Of a DNA stretch of 64,000 nucleotides, positions 8,987 to 17,568 are shown piece after piece (position 1 is the first letter of the stretch; each line of letters begins with the position of its first letter). A program made the position numbers and the translations under genes. The notes below the pieces were generated by a model, which was given only the letters and a program-made list of their open reading frames with translations, made no database searches and was not told the DNA's origin. The stretch is from an uncultured Bacteroidales bacterium (lineage in GTDB: Bacteria; Bacteroidota; Bacteroidia; Bacteroidales; P3): NCBI GenBank assembly GCA_937874175.1, contig CALNBJ010000039.1, positions 143-64,142 on the forward strand. Reading direction: 5' to 3'.

Positions 8987-10330
8987 ATGGAAAACAAAGT
9001 TACTTTTGGTTCTAAATTCGGTACTCTTGCCGTAGTTGGTGGAAGTGTTATTGGGCTTGGGAATATTTGGAGATTCCCCTATTTGGCAGGAAACAATGGA
9101 GGCTCAGCTTTTATTATTGTTTATATTCTTTGCAGTTTATCAATTGCCATTCCTATTATGATTAGCGAATTTGTAATTGGACGTTCAACTGGCAAAAATG
9201 CTTATGGAGCTTTCAAAGAACTTTCAAAGAAAAAGATTTGGAGATTTGTTGGATTGGCAGGAATTATAACAGTTTTCTTTATTTTTGGTTTTTATTCCGT
9301 TGTTGCTGGTTGGGCAATTTCTTTTATTCAAACCTCTCTTACAAGTGGCTTTACGGGGAAAGACCCTCAGGTAATTCATAGTAATTTTATTAACTATATT
9401 AATTCAGGATGGAAACCTACTTTTGCTGCAGGAGTATTTATTATTCTAACTGCTGGAATTGTTATTGGAGGAATTCAAAAAGGGATTGAAAGAGTTAATA
9501 AAATTCTTATGCCAATGCTTTTTTTAATCATAATTCTTCTATTCATTTATTCTACTTCTCTTTCAGGATTCTCTAATGCAATGGATTTTCTTCTAAAACC
9601 AGACTTTAGTAAATTAGGATTAAAATCTGTTATTGCTGCAATTGGACAATCCTTCTTTTCTATGAGCTTGGGAATGGGATGTATGATTACTTATGGCTCT
9701 TACATTAAACAAAAGTCTTCTCTTTCTGGAATTGCCCTAACAATTGGACTTGCGGACTTATCTGTTGCCCTTTTGGCTGGCTTTGCAATCTTTCCTGGAG
9801 TGTTTACTTTTGGAATTGAACCAACCTCTGGTCCTACTTTAATTTTTGAAACTCTTCCTTTAGTTTTTTCAATGATGCCTTTTGGTAATATATTTGCAAT
9901 ATTCTTTTTCTTCTTAGTTTTTATTGCTGCCATTACTTCATCTGTTTCAATGTTAGAACCGATTTGCTTGTTTACAATTCAAGAATTTAAACTATCAAGA
10001 ACTAAATCAATCGTTATAATTTCTATAATTATTTTCATTTTAGCTGTTCTTTGTGCCTATTCTCAAGTTGAAAATTCTTCAATTACATTATTTGGGAAAA
10101 ATCTTTTTGATGCACTAAATGATTTAACTGATAAATTCTTAATGCCAATTGGAGCTTTGCTAATAATTATATTTGTTGGTTGGTTTGCTAATAAAGAATT
10201 AGTAAGAAATCAATTTACTAATAATGGAACAATTTTAAACAAAGGATTTCAACTATATATTAATGTAGTAAGATACTTTGTCCCTTTGGTTCTATCATTA
10301 TTTATCCTTAATTTAATGGGATTACTCTAA
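8987..10330 (+). CDS. sodium-dependent transporter, neurotransmitter:sodium symporter (SNF/NSS) family
   Basis: N-terminal GLGNIWRFPYLAGNNGGSAF signature and about 11-12 TM helices. Confidence 0.85.
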   Translation: MENKVTFGSKFGTLAVVGGSVIGLGNIWRFPYLAGNNGGSAFIIVYILCSLSIAIPIMISEFVIGRSTGKNAYGAFKELSKKKIWRFVGLAGIITVFFIFGFYSVVAGWAISFIQTSLTSGFTGKDPQVIHSNFINYINSGWKPTFAAGVFIILTAGIVIGGIQKGIERVNKILMPMLFLIIILLFIYSTSLSGFSNAMDFLLKPDFSKLGLKSVIAAIGQSFFSMSLGMGCMITYGSYIKQKSSLSGIALTIGLADLSVALLAGFAIFPGVFTFGIEPTSGPTLIFETLPLVFSMMPFGNIFAIFFFFLVFIAAITSSVSMLEPICLFTIQEFKLSRTKSIVIISIIIFILAVLCAYSQVENSSITLFGKNLFDALNDLTDKFLMPIGALLIIIFVGWFANKELVRNQFTNNGTILNKGFQLYINVVRYFVPLVLSLFILNLMGLL

Positions 10331-10393
10331 TATTAACATTTTAATGTTAGTAAATAATTCATCTAACTATAGATTTAGGATAATTTTTTAATA

Positions 10394-10401
10394 TATATTT
10401 G
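10394..10401 (+). promoter_or_regulatory. -7 promoter box TATATTTG upstream of the OMP gene
   Basis: Exact TAnnTTTG match, 79 nt upstream of the ATG at 10480. Confidence 0.45.
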
Positions 10402-10479
10402 CAACATATTTTCCTTTTATGAGTAAAAGATATAAAATTAAATTTAACAACACGTTTATTAATTAAAAAACAAAACATC

Positions 10480-11142
10480 ATGAAAAAGAATTTAATTATT
10501 TTAGTTGCTGTTTTATTAACATCAACTTTCGCATTTGCCCAAAGTGGCAATATGTTTGTAACTGGACATCTTGGATTTAACACTTACTCCAAGACCAATA
10601 CAGTTGGTTCAACAAGCACAGATGTACCTGGAGGAAATAGTTTTGACATTATGGCTGAGTTTCATTACAAACTTACCAAAAACATTGCTGTTGGTCTTGG
10701 ATTAAATTACAAGAACTCTACTTCATACGTTAATACAACTCCTAATGGAACAGATTATTTTGATTCTGAATCAATGTTCTCAATTGTTCCTTCTGTAATT
10801 TATGGAATAAAAATCACGGATAATTTCAAATATATTCCAAGATTATATGTTGCAATTGGATTTGGAAGTAGAGATGAAGAACAACCTGATCTTCCTTTAA
10901 ATCCTAACACAATTGAAACATTTACAACTGACTTATCAAGCTTTTCTATTGGAGTTAAACCTCTAAGTTTTGAATATGGAATAAATAATAGATTTGCAAT
11001 AACAATGAGCTTTGGAGATTTATACTACAGAACTTATACTGAAAAAGCCACAGTAGCAAATACAGAAGTTAAATCTACTGACAAGGCCTTTAATTTAGAC
11101 GCTAACTATGGTGCATCATTTGGAATTCGTATTTATTTATAA
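10480..11142 (+). CDS. small outer-membrane beta-barrel (porin-family) protein
   Basis: Signal peptide ending FAFAQ, alternating beta-strand pattern, and terminal strand SFGIRIYL. A strong terminator follows. Confidence 0.6.
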   Translation: MKKNLIILVAVLLTSTFAFAQSGNMFVTGHLGFNTYSKTNTVGSTSTDVPGGNSFDIMAEFHYKLTKNIAVGLGLNYKNSTSYVNTTPNGTDYFDSESMFSIVPSVIYGIKITDNFKYIPRLYVAIGFGSRDEEQPDLPLNPNTIETFTTDLSSFSIGVKPLSFEYGINNRFAITMSFGDLYYRTYTEKATVANTEVKSTDKAFNLDANYGASFGIRIYL

Positions 11143-11166
11143 TTAAATAGATATTAACTCTCTAAA

Positions 11167-11197
11167 AGAGTAAGCCTTTTGGCTTACTCTTTTTTTA
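11167..11197 (+). terminator. rho-independent terminator
   Basis: AGAGTAAGCC-TTTT-GGCTTACTCT followed by a T7 run. Confidence 0.8.
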
Positions 11198-11284
11198 TTT
11201 TATAAATTTGTCTTGTTAAAACATTGTTATTGTAAAATTTCCAATATTTTTATTGAGAATTTTGTTTATTAAGTGTTAATTAAC

Positions 11285-11292
11285 TAATTTTG
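11285..11292 (+). promoter_or_regulatory. -7 promoter box TAATTTTG for the kdd-kamA operon
   Basis: Exact TAnnTTTG match, about 125 nt upstream of the kdd ATG. Confidence 0.45.
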
Positions 11293-11416
11293 CAGATTGA
11301 ATTATGCCTTTAATTAAGGCATTAAAGTTTAAAGTATAGTAATAAAAGCATTTTCAAGGATTAAAGGAGTTCTGCCTTGAATAAAATGCAAAAATAGTGA
11401 ACTCAATAAAAAATAT

Positions 11417-12457
11417 ATGAAAAAAGGATGTAAATACGGTACTCACCGTGTATTGGAACCAAAAGGTGTATTGCCTCAACCAGCTAACAAAATTGATAAC
11501 AATATGGATGAAATTTACGACAATGAAATCCTTATTGATGTTCAAACTCTAAATGTTGACAGTGCTTCTTTCACTCAAATTGAAGAACAAGCAGGTGGCG
11601 ACAAAGCTAAAATTGCTGAAATAATGATGGGTATTGTTGCAAAACAAGGAAAACATAGAAACCCTGTAACTGGTTCTGGTGGTATGTTACTTGGAACAGT
11701 TGAAAAAATTGGTGATGCACTTATCGGAAAAACTGATCTTAAGGTTGGAGATAAAATTGCTACATTAGTTTCTCTTTCTCTTACTCCTTTACGCATTGAT
11801 AAAATTAAAGATATCCGTCCTGATATTGACCAAGTTGATATTGATGGTAAGGCTATTTTATTTGAAAGTGGAATTTATGCAAAAATTCCTGCTGACCTTC
11901 CTGAAACATTAGCTCTATCTGCATTAGACGTTGCTGGTGCTCCTGCTCAAACTGCTAAATTGGTTAAACCTGGCGATACAGTTTTGATTATTGGTGCTGG
12001 TGGAAAATCTGGTATGCTTTGCTGCTATGAAGCTAAAAAACGTGCTGGAGTAACTGGAAAAGTTATTGGACTTTGCCATAGCCAAAAATCAACAGAAAGA
12101 TTACAAAAATTAGGTTTTTGTGATTTTGTTTTCTCAGCTGATGCGACTCAACCTGTTCCTGTAATGCAAAAGATTCAAGAACTTACAGATGGCGAAATGG
12201 CTGACATTACAATTAACAACGTAAATATCAATGATACAGAAATGACTTCTATCCTTTGTACAAAAGATACTGGATTAGTTTATTTCTTCTCTATGGCTAC
12301 AAGCTTTACAAAGGCTGCTTTAGGAGCTGAAGGAGTTGGTTCTGATGTTACAATGATTGTTGGAAATGGTTATACTAAAGGACACGCTGAAATAACTCTT
12401 CAACTTCTACGCGAATCTAAAGAACTTAGAGATATCTTTACTGAGCTTTACGCTTAA
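11417..12457 (+). CDS. kdd: L-erythro-3,5-diaminohexanoate dehydrogenase-like (lysine fermentation)
   Basis: The N-terminus MKKGCKYGTHRVLEPKGVLPQPA...ILIDVQTLNVDSASFTQI matches my recollection of Kdd proteins. There is a Rossmann motif IIGAGGKSG, and the gene is adjacent to kamA. Confidence 0.6.
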   Translation: MKKGCKYGTHRVLEPKGVLPQPANKIDNNMDEIYDNEILIDVQTLNVDSASFTQIEEQAGGDKAKIAEIMMGIVAKQGKHRNPVTGSGGMLLGTVEKIGDALIGKTDLKVGDKIATLVSLSLTPLRIDKIKDIRPDIDQVDIDGKAILFESGIYAKIPADLPETLALSALDVAGAPAQTAKLVKPGDTVLIIGAGGKSGMLCCYEAKKRAGVTGKVIGLCHSQKSTERLQKLGFCDFVFSADATQPVPVMQKIQELTDGEMADITINNVNINDTEMTSILCTKDTGLVYFFSMATSFTKAALGAEGVGSDVTMIVGNGYTKGHAEITLQLLRESKELRDIFTELYA

Positions 12458-12475
12458 TAAATAAATTTAAAATTT

Positions 12476-12512
12476 AAAAACTGTGAGTAGAGTATTCTGC
12501 TTACAGTTTTTT
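12476..12512 (+). terminator. possible weak or attenuating terminator
   Basis: CTGTGAG...CTTACAG forms a 7-bp stem with one G-U pair and a 12-nt loop, followed by T6. Confidence 0.45.
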
Positions 12513-12531
12513 ATTATAAAATTAAATCGAA

Positions 12532-12831
12532 ATGAATATTAGTGTTTGTGGAATTGATTGTGACATTGCTTGTGTTGAATGTAATAAATATTTAGATTCT
12601 CCATGCAAAGGCTGCAATGAAGCAAAAGGAAGATTATACTGGACTAAGTATTTAGGATTAGATGTTTGTCCAATATATAATTGTTGTGTAAACGAAAAAC
12701 AATTAGAAAATTGTGGTAAATGTGATAAACTTCCTTGTGATAAATTCTTTTCTACAAAAGACCCATCTATTTCGGATGAGTTATTTAAACAAAAAATTCA
12801 AGAACGAGTAGATTTACTAATGACATTATAA
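12532..12831 (+). CDS. DUF3795-like cysteine-rich protein
   Basis: 99 aa with 15 Cys arranged as CGIDCDIACVEC...CKGC...CPIYNCC...CGKCDKLPC. Confidence 0.55.
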   Translation: MNISVCGIDCDIACVECNKYLDSPCKGCNEAKGRLYWTKYLGLDVCPIYNCCVNEKQLENCGKCDKLPCDKFFSTKDPSISDELFKQKIQERVDLLMTL

Positions 12832-12844
12832 AACAATTATATTT

Positions 12845-14095
12845 ATGCAAGTAAATAGAAGAAAAGAATTATTCCCTGAGGTTTCCGATAAAGATTGGAA
12901 CGATTGGAAATGGCAAGTAAAGAATAGAATTGAAACACTTGAAGATTTAAAAAAATACATCTCTTTAACTCCTCAAGAAGAAGAAGGTGTTATGAAATCT
13001 CTCAAGACCTTACGTATGGCAATAACTCCATACTATATTTCTTTAATTGACATAAATAATCCTAATTGTCCAGTTAGAAAACAAGCTATTCCAACTGCTG
13101 CAGAAGTTTATCAATCACCTGCTGATTTATTAGACCCCCTTCACGAAGATGAAGATTCTCCAGTTGCTGGCTTAACACATCGTTATCCAGATAGAGTTTT
13201 ATTCTTAATAACTGATATGTGTTCTATGTATTGTCGTCATTGCACAAGAAGACGATTTGCAGGACAAAACGATTGTGAAAGTCCTTCAGAAAGAATTCAA
13301 AAGGCAATTGACTATATTGCTCGTACTCCACAAGTGAGAGATGTTTTACTCTCAGGAGGAGATGCATTAATGGTTAGTGATAAAATGTTAGAATCAATCA
13401 TTCAACGCCTTCGTGCAATTCCTCATGTTGAAATCATTAGAATTGGCTCTCGTACTCCTGTTGTTTGCCCTCAAAGAATTACAGATGATTTGGTTAATAT
13501 GTTAAAGAAGTATCACCCAATTTGGTTAAATACTCACTTTAATCACCCTAACGAATGTACTGAGGAAGCAAAAGAAGCTTGTGCAAAACTTGCTAATGCT
13601 GGAATTCCATTAGGAAATCAATCAGTTCTTTTGAGAGGAGTTAATGATGATGCAAGAGTAATGAAGAAATTAGTTCAAAAATTGGTTATGATGAGAGTTC
13701 GCCCTTATTACATTTACCAATGTGACCTATCAATGGGATTAGAACATTTCCGTACTCCTGTTTCAAAAGGAATTGAAATAATAGAAAACCTTAGAGGACA
13801 TACTTCAGGTTACGCAGTACCTACATTTGTTGTAGATGCTCCTGGTGGTGGTGGCAAAACTCCAGTTATGCCTCAATATATTATTTCTCAAAGTCCAGGA
13901 AAAGTTGTTTTGAGAAACTTTGAAGGAGTTATCACAACATACACAGAACCTACTAACTATTCTAACGAATGTGAATGTGATATTGACTTCTTAGAAGAAG
14001 AAATGAAAACTGATGGTGTTGCAGGCCTTCTTCATGGAGACAGACTTGCTCTTGAACCAAGCCATTTGGCACGTCACGAACGTATAAAGAAGTAA
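12845..14095 (+). CDS. kamA: lysine 2,3-aminomutase (radical SAM/PLP)
   Basis: 416 aa. Radical-SAM motif CSMYCRHCTRRR, then LLSGGDAL and a C-terminal PGGGGK. The length matches clostridial KamA rather than the shorter EpmB. Confidence 0.85.
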   Translation: MQVNRRKELFPEVSDKDWNDWKWQVKNRIETLEDLKKYISLTPQEEEGVMKSLKTLRMAITPYYISLIDINNPNCPVRKQAIPTAAEVYQSPADLLDPLHEDEDSPVAGLTHRYPDRVLFLITDMCSMYCRHCTRRRFAGQNDCESPSERIQKAIDYIARTPQVRDVLLSGGDALMVSDKMLESIIQRLRAIPHVEIIRIGSRTPVVCPQRITDDLVNMLKKYHPIWLNTHFNHPNECTEEAKEACAKLANAGIPLGNQSVLLRGVNDDARVMKKLVQKLVMMRVRPYYIYQCDLSMGLEHFRTPVSKGIEIIENLRGHTSGYAVPTFVVDAPGGGGKTPVMPQYIISQSPGKVVLRNFEGVITTYTEPTNYSNECECDIDFLEEEMKTDGVAGLLHGDRLALEPSHLARHERIKK

Positions 14096-14103
14096 TAAAA
14101 GAT

Positions 14104-15114
14104 TTGCCATTCATTGATGAAATATTAAAATACAAAAGTGTATCTTTTGTAGGGATGGAAAAGAATACAGGCAAGACAGAGACATTAAATTATGTCCTAT
14201 CTTGCTTGTGCTCTTATAATGGAGTTAGGGTTGGAATAACTTCAATTGGGATTGATGGCGAAAAAACTGACCAAGTTACAAAGACTCAAAAACCAGAAAT
14301 TAATATTTCAAAAGGCACTCTTTTCATTACATCGGAACATTTCTATAAACAGAAAGAAATTGTTTCAAATATTCTTTCCATTTCAAAAAAAGGAACTTCC
14401 TTAGGAAGATTGATTACTGCAGAAGCAATATCTCAAGGAAAAGTTTTGTTAGCAGGAGCCTCCAACACAATTTGGCTAAAAGAAACAATTAAAGAACTGC
14501 ATAACTATAAAGCTGATGTAGTTTTGGTTGATGGAGCACTCTCAAGAAAGAGTTTCGGCTCTCCTTCAATAACTGATGCAATGATTTTATCAACTGGTGC
14601 TGCCCTTTCAATAAATCTCAACACCTTAGTTCAAAAAACTAATTTTGTTTATAGGATGACTCAGTTAGAATCTATTGAGAAATCTTTAACTAAAAAGATC
14701 CAAGATATTGACTCAGGAATATATGCAATTGATTTAAATGGAAAGATAGTTGACTTGGATATTCCTTCAATATTAATGATTGAACAATTTAAGGATAGAA
14801 TATTCAATTATGGCAAAAGGATATTTGTTTCTGGTATAATTACTGATAAACTAATTGATTTCTTAAAAGTCCAAAAAAATATCAATGATATTGAAATAAT
14901 TGTTAAGGATTTCACAAGAATATTTTGTAAACCAGAAAACATTGACTCTTATTTCAAAAAAGGAGGAAAACTTAAAGTTGTTCAACCAACAAATATAATT
15001 GCAATAACTGTTAACCCTACTTCTCCAAGTGGATATAATCTCAATTCAAAAACTCTAATTGATGAACTAAAAAAACATATCCCCATGCCAATCTATAACA
15101 TTAAAGAAATTTAG
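14104..15114 (+). CDS. P-loop protein, candidate lysine 5,6-aminomutase reactivase subunit (KamB-like)
   Basis: TTG start. Walker-A-like VGMEKNTGKTE. It sits between kamA and a MutS-domain ATPase, as I recall for lysine-fermentation clusters. The assignment rests on context only. Confidence 0.4.
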   Translation: MPFIDEILKYKSVSFVGMEKNTGKTETLNYVLSCLCSYNGVRVGITSIGIDGEKTDQVTKTQKPEINISKGTLFITSEHFYKQKEIVSNILSISKKGTSLGRLITAEAISQGKVLLAGASNTIWLKETIKELHNYKADVVLVDGALSRKSFGSPSITDAMILSTGAALSINLNTLVQKTNFVYRMTQLESIEKSLTKKIQDIDSGIYAIDLNGKIVDLDIPSILMIEQFKDRIFNYGKRIFVSGIITDKLIDFLKVQKNINDIEIIVKDFTRIFCKPENIDSYFKKGGKLKVVQPTNIIAITVNPTSPSGYNLNSKTLIDELKKHIPMPIYNIKEI

Positions 15115-15118
15115 CCTT

Positions 15119-16528
15119 ATGACATTAAAGCAAGCTATTGAAAAGCATAATGGATTAAAATTTATTGTTGAGCAGTTTAATATCTACTCATCCATTGGAC
15201 GTAAAGCTCTTTTAAGCACAAGTTATATAAAAGACAAAACTCTTCTTAGCTCCAAACATTTAATTATTGAAGGTTGTCAAAACTATATTTCAGAACCAAT
15301 AAATATTAAAACCTTAAGCAAGGTTCGCAAGATATTAAGTTATTTGAATGATATTAGTGGAACATTGAATCTTCTTAAACAAAATCAAATACTTGATGAT
15401 GTTTCTCTTTTTGAGATTAAACAATTTGCTATAGCATGTTCAAAAATAAAATCACTAATTTTTGACATATCTAACTATTTACCAAAATCTAATAAAGAAG
15501 ATTTAACTATTCCTGATTTAAATAATGTTATTAAGATTTTAGACCCAGAAGGATTACTACTTAGTCAATTCTATATTTATAATGCTTATTCAAAAGAGCT
15601 GACAGAAAAAAGAAAACTTTGGGAAATTGCCAAGAAAGAAAACAATGAAGAAAAAGCTTTCAGCCTTTATTTAGAGACTCAAGAATTAGAAGATAAAATA
15701 AGAGAAAGACTTTCAAACGAGCTTAAAGAATATGTTGATAGCTTGAAAACAGCAATTAAGGTTGTTGGAGATATAGATATATACTTTGCTATGGCAGAAT
15801 ATTTTCAAAAGAACAATTATATTAAACCTGTTTTCTCAACAACCAATAAAATATCCTATAAACAACTTACCTATCCCCCACTTATTGATCGATTAGAAAA
15901 AGAAAACAAACACTATCAACCAATTGATATCACTCTTACAAATAAGCCCTGTCTTGTTACTGGAGCAAATATGGCTGGAAAGACAATACTATTAAAATCT
16001 CTTTGGCTTTGTCAATATCTAATTCAATTTGGATTCTTTATTCCTGCACAAAAAGCTCAGGTAATTCTGGTTGAAGATATTCTTACTTCAATTGGAGATC
16101 ATCAAAACGAACACGAAGGACTCTCCTCCTATGCTTCTGAAATTATTCTTTTAAATGAAATAATTCAGAAAGTGAAACAAGGCAAAGAATACTTGGTTTT
16201 GGTTGATGAATTGGCAAGAACAACCAATCCTACTGAAGGAGTCGCTCTTGTGGATAGTTTTCTAAACATTATGTCAAATAAGAGCTCTTATTCCATAACC
16301 ACAACACATTATAGCGGAATTAAAACAGAATGCTATAGATTAAGAGTAAAAGGTTTTATTCCAAACAAAACACAAACAAAACTCTCATTAAAAGATATTC
16401 CAAATCAAATTGATTATTCATTAATTGAAGATAAAGAACAGAAAGTGCCTAATGAAGCATTAAACTTAGCCTCATTATTGGGTATTGATGAAGAATTTAT
16501 TGAAAAAGCAAGGGAACTTATAAAATAA
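15119..16528 (+). CDS. MutS-domain-V-type ATPase, candidate lysine 5,6-aminomutase reactivase ATPase (KamC-like)
   Basis: Walker A TGANMAGKT, signature SSYASEI and Walker B LVLVDELARTTNP. There is no mismatch-binding N-terminus. Located downstream of kamA. Confidence 0.55.
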   Translation: MTLKQAIEKHNGLKFIVEQFNIYSSIGRKALLSTSYIKDKTLLSSKHLIIEGCQNYISEPINIKTLSKVRKILSYLNDISGTLNLLKQNQILDDVSLFEIKQFAIACSKIKSLIFDISNYLPKSNKEDLTIPDLNNVIKILDPEGLLLSQFYIYNAYSKELTEKRKLWEIAKKENNEEKAFSLYLETQELEDKIRERLSNELKEYVDSLKTAIKVVGDIDIYFAMAEYFQKNNYIKPVFSTTNKISYKQLTYPPLIDRLEKENKHYQPIDITLTNKPCLVTGANMAGKTILLKSLWLCQYLIQFGFFIPAQKAQVILVEDILTSIGDHQNEHEGLSSYASEIILLNEIIQKVKQGKEYLVLVDELARTTNPTEGVALVDSFLNIMSNKSSYSITTTHYSGIKTECYRLRVKGFIPNKTQTKLSLKDIPNQIDYSLIEDKEQKVPNEALNLASLLGIDEEFIEKARELIK

Positions 16529-16533
16529 AAAGA

Positions 16534-16602
16534 AAGAGTATTTAATCTCATTGCTTGCTATCACACAATTTCAGAATGGTTTGTGCTATGTTAAATACTC
16601 TT
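16534..16602. repeat. 12-bp perfect inverted repeat with a 45-nt spacer
   Basis: AAGAGTATTTAA (16534-16545) and TTAAATACTCTT (16591-16602), starting 6 nt after the stop at 16528. Confidence 0.8.
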
Positions 16603-16862
16603 TCCTAAAGCAAATATACAATATATAAAAAGTTTTGTCAAGTCTTTTTATAAAAAAAATGTATCCGACACTCTCAGATGCTTTGTAATTTCAATAAACT
16701 AAATTAGAATAATTAATGTCTTTTTATCCTTTTTCGATAAAATTGACTTGATTTTGTAGAAGCATCCTTTTACAAAAATCAAACAACTTGTTTTTCTATC
16801 TAAACCAAGAGCTTAACTCCTAAATCGAAGATTAGAAATAATTAAATAAGACTTCAATCTCA

Positions 16863-16945
16863 AAACAATGCCATTGTTTACTCAAAACAATGCCATTGTA
16901 TGACAAAAACAATGCGGTTGTTTTGACAAAACAATGGCATTGTTT
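16863..16945. repeat. phased palindrome array, locus 2 (4 units, exact 22-bp period)
   Basis: AAACAATGCCATTGTTT at 16863, AAACAATGCCATTGT at 16885, AAACAATGCGGTTGTTT at 16907 and AAACAATGGCATTGTTT at 16929. Confidence 0.9.
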
Positions 16946-17048
16946 TTAGTTCTAAAAGAAGTTTAGTTAGATTGAAAGCTTATAAAATTATTTTAAAAGC
17001 TTATTTACTGACTTTTATCTTTGATTAAATTGCAGGGAAATCTATTTC

Positions 17049-17480
17049 CTAATCGTCATAACGAAGAAAATCTCCATTTAAATTAAAAACTATTTCAATT
17101 GAATTATCCAATTTAACTTCATAATCTCTTTTATCTTTATTTATATCAACAACTTTTGTGTTTTGATGGTTCTTTGTGATAAAATTATTTATTGAAGCAT
17201 TAAGTATACTTTTTGGAACACCAGTTTTTATTTCAATATCTTCCCAATCTCCTTTTTTATTAAATTCTATTTTAGATCCTTCTGTAAAATATACTACATA
17301 TTCTTTATCGAAAAGTTCATTATCTTTAACAATTTGGAGAATATTCATATTTGAGAAGTTACTTTTTATAAATGATTGTGCTTTGGAAGGAAGTTTATCA
17401 AATGTGATTACCTTATTTTCTTGACTTTGGCATGAAGTTAGTGCAAACATCATTACCAACATTAAAATCATCTTTTTCAT
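17049..17480 (-). CDS. PepSY-like (DUF2874-type) lipoprotein
   Basis: Lipobox LTSC. Two repeated beta-rich halves (YVVYFTEGSKIEFNKKGDWEDI and YEVKLDNSIEIVFNLNGDF). Adjacent to a two-component system, as is common for this family. Confidence 0.6.
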   Translation of the reverse strand: MKKMILMLVMMFALTSCQSQENKVITFDKLPSKAQSFIKSNFSNMNILQIVKDNELFDKEYVVYFTEGSKIEFNKKGDWEDIEIKTGVPKSILNASINNFITKNHQNTKVVDINKDKRDYEVKLDNSIEIVFNLNGDFLRYDD

Positions 17481-17568
17481 TTTCTTTCAGTTTTTTGTTA
17501 TTTGAATCTTTAATTATTTATGATGCAAAACTAAAACTCAAATCTGAAAAGAAACTGAAATAAATGAA

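Noticed and set aside
10359-10583. Small ORFs spanning intergenic regions: 10359-10583 (minus), 11354-11545 (minus), 8758-8952 (minus), 7696-7887 (minus) and 58823-59071 (plus).
   Set aside because: They overlap promoters or the starts of supported genes. They have no signal or motifs and are typical AT-rich chance ORFs.
11293-11416. Possible lysine riboswitch in the 125-nt leader of kdd. It contains a hairpin ATGCCTT-TAATT-AAGGCAT.
   Set aside because: The leader is too short and lacks the conserved lysine-riboswitch core elements I know. Only a generic hairpin is visible.
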